From NCBI GenBank assembly GCA_964016885.1, contig OZ024741.1:360034001-360098000 (forward strand): 64,000 bases of DNA, in the 5' to 3' direction. Each line of letters begins with the position of its first letter. Position 1 is the stretch's first letter. Shown here one piece after another: positions 61,201 through 64,000 of the stretch. The stretch comes from Eledone cirrhosa. Taxonomy: Eukaryota. The position numbers and the translations under genes were made by a program. The notes below the pieces were generated by a model. That model searched no databases. It saw nothing but the letters and a program-made list of their open reading frames with translations, and was not told where the DNA came from.

Positions 61201-64000
61201 TAGTGTGCTATGGTGTGGTATGGTGTTGTATGGTGTGGTATGGTGCGGTATGGTATGATGTAGTGTGCTATGGTGTGGTATGGTGTGGTATGGTGTGGTA
61301 TGGTGTTGTATGGTATGGTGTGGTACTGTATGGTATGGTGTGGTACTGTATGGTATGGTGTGGTGTGGTATGGTGTCGTGTGGTATGTTGTTATATGGTA
61401 GTGTATGGTATAGTATGGTGTGGTATGTTGTGGCGTGGTATGGTGTGGTATGGTGTGGTATGGTGTTGTATGGTGTGGTAAGGTATGGTATGGTGTGTTA
61501 TGGTGTTGTATGGTGTGGTATGGTATGGTATGGTTTGGTATGGCGTTGGTGTGGTATGGTATGGTATGGTATGGTGTGGGGTGGTGTGGTAGTGTGTGGT
61601 ATGGGGTGGTATGCTGTGGTGTGGTGGGGTATGGTATAGTGTGGTGTGGTATGGTGTGGTAAGGTGTGGTATGGTATGGTGTGGTGTGGTATGGTGTGGT
61701 ATGGTGTGGTGTGGTGTGGTGTGGTGTGGTATGGTATGGTGCGATGTGGTGTGGTATGGTGTGGTATGGTATAGTATGGTGTGGTATGTTGTGGTATGGT
61801 ATGGTATGGTATGGTGTGGTATGGTGTGGTGTGGTATGGTATGGTGTGGTATGCTGTGGTATGGTATGGTATGGTGTGGTTTGGTGTGGTGTGGTATGGT
61901 GTGGTATGGTATGGTATGCTATGGTGTGGTGTGGTATGGTGTGGTATGGTGTAGTATGGTGTGGTATGTTGTGGTATGGTATGGTGTGGTATGGTGCGGT
62001 GTGGTATGGTGTGGTGTGGTATGGTGTGGTATGGTGTGGTATGGTGTGGTCTGGTGTGGTGTGGAATGGTATGGTGTGGTGTGGTGTGGTGTGGTATGGT
62101 GTGGTATGGTATGGTATGGTGTGGTATGGTGTGGTGTGGTGCGGTGTGGTATGGTGTGGTACGGTGTGGTAAGGTGTGGTATGGTGTGGTATGGTGTGGT
62201 GTGGTGTGGTATGGTGTGGTATGGTGTGGTATGGTGTGGTGTAGTGTGGTATGGTGTGGTATGGTATGGTGTGGTGTGGTGTGGTATGGTGTTGTATGGT
62301 GTGGTGTTGTATGGTGTGGTGTGGTGTGGTATGGTGTGGTATGGTATTGTGTGGTATGGTGTGGTGTGGTGTGGTATGGTGTGGTGTGGTAGGGTATGGT
62401 GTGGTATGGTGTTGTATGGTGTGGTATGGGGCGGTATGGTATGGTGTAGTGTGCTATGGTGTGTTATGGTGTGGTATGGTGTGGTATGGTGTTGTATGGT
62501 ATGGTGTGGTACTGTATGGTATGGTGTGGTGTGGTATGGTGTTGTATGGTGTGGTATGGTATGGTGTCGTGTGGTATGTTGTTATATGGTAGTGTATGGT
62601 ATGGTATGGTGTAGTATGGTGTGGCGTGGTATGGTGTGGTATGGTGTGGTATGGTGTTGTATGGTGTGGTATGGTATGGTGTGGTTTGGTATGGCGTTGG
62701 TGTGGTATGGTGCGGTATGGTATGATATTGTGTGGTTTGGTGTGGTATGGTGTGGTATGGTGTGGTATGGTGTGGTGTGGTATGGTATGGTATGGTGTGG
62801 GGTGGTGTGGTAGTGTGTGGTATGGGGTGGTATGCTGTGGTGTGGTGTGGTATGGTGTGGTGTGGTGTGGTACGGTGTGGTATGGTATGGTATGGTGTGG
62901 TGTGGTATGGTATGGTATGGTGTAGTGTGGTGTGGTATGGTGTGGTATGGTGTGGTATGGTGTGGAATGGTATGGTATGGTATGGTATGATGTGGTATGG
63001 TGTGGCATGGTGTGGTGTGGTATGGTGTGGTATGGTATGGTGTGGTATGGTGTGGTATGGTGTGGTATGTTGTGGTATGGTGTCGTGTGGTGTGGTATGG
63101 GGTGGTGTGGGTATGGTGTGGTGCGGTGTGGTATGGTGTGGTATGGTATGGTATGGTGTGGTATGGTGTGGCATTGTGTGGTATGGTGTGATGTGGTATG
63201 GTGTGGTATGGTGTGGTATGGTGTGGTATGGTATGGTGTGGTATGGCGTGTTATGGTGTGGTGTGGTAAGGTGTGGTATGGTATGGTGTGGTGTGGTGTG
63301 GTGTGGTATGGTGTGGTATGGTGTGGTATGGTGTGGTTTGGTGTGGTATGAAATTGTGTGGTGTGGTATGGTGTGGTATGGTATGGTGTTGTGTGGTATG
63401 AAATTAAGTGGTGTGGTAGGGTGAGGTATGGTATGTATGGTGTGGTGTGGTGTGGTATGGTGTGGTATCGTATGGTGTGGTGTGGTATGGAGTGGTATTA
63501 TATAGTATGGTGTGGTATGGTATAGTGTGGTATGGTGTGGTATGGTGTGGTATGGTGTAGTGTGGTATGCTGTGGTATGTTATAGTGTGGTATGGTGTGG
63601 TATGGTGCGGTATGGTGTGGTATGGTGTGGTGTGGCATGGTATGGTATGGTGTGGTGTGGTGTGGTATGGTGTGGTGTGGTATGGTATGGTATAGTGTGG
63701 TGTGGTATGGTGTGGTATGGTGTGGTATGGTGTGGTATGGTGTAGTGTGGTATGCTGTGGTATGTTATAGTGTGGTATGGTGTGGTATGGTGCGGTATGG
63801 TGTGGTATGGTGTGGTGTGGCATGGTATGGTATGGTGTGGTGTGGTGTGGTATGGTGTGGTGTGGTATGGTATGGTATAGTGTGGTGTGGTATGGTGTGG
63901 TATGGTGTACTGTGGTGTAGTATGGTGTGGTATGGTGTGGTATGGTATGCTATGGTGTGGTATGGTATGGTGTGGTGTGGTATGTTGTGGTATCGTATGG
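49284..64000. repeat. Pentanucleotide satellite (TGGTA/TGGTG)n, >=14.7 kb, with higher-order repeats
   Basis: Directly visible. Variant pentamers recur in ordered blocks. Confidence 0.99.

Noticed and set aside
49187-63823. Very long ORFs (e.g. 1849-aa HTTPY repeat and VWCGM repeats) as His-rich or Cys-rich proteins
   Set aside because: The pentamers contain no stop codon in most frames, so long ORFs appear on both strands automatically. There is no signal peptide or unique sequence.

Overview
Eukaryotic, AT-rich, repeat-dense genomic DNA. It is probably from an octopus/cephalopod, inferred from the SINE, RTE and MITE families and the heavy (TA)n/(CA)n/(TACA)n load; this is not verified. Two plausible host genes are present: an uninterrupted 1375-aa secreted protein with 15 Cys-rich, chitin-binding-like modules joined by Glu/Pro/Gly linkers (3010-7137, minus) and a 368-aa coiled-coil/Ser-rich orphan ORF (44251-45357, minus). 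Most of 8-49 kb is mobile-element debris. It includes Penelope-like elements (one long RT+GIY-YIG ORF, truncated copies and inverted pLTR palindromes), RTE, R4/Dong-like, CR1-like and CRE-like LINE fragments, a Gypsy relic, a Helitron, several MITEs and tRNA-derived SINEs. About ten hammerhead ribozyme motifs can be read by eye, including U3-A8 core variants. The most unusual signal is a pair of diverged ~600-bp tandem-repeat families (26618-27477 and 28463-31676) inserted in (TA)n. They share short motifs and compensatory stem changes, which points to a conserved, non-coding structured RNA with no ribozyme I can recognise. The last 14.7 kb is a (TGGTR)n pentamer satellite with higher-order structure.
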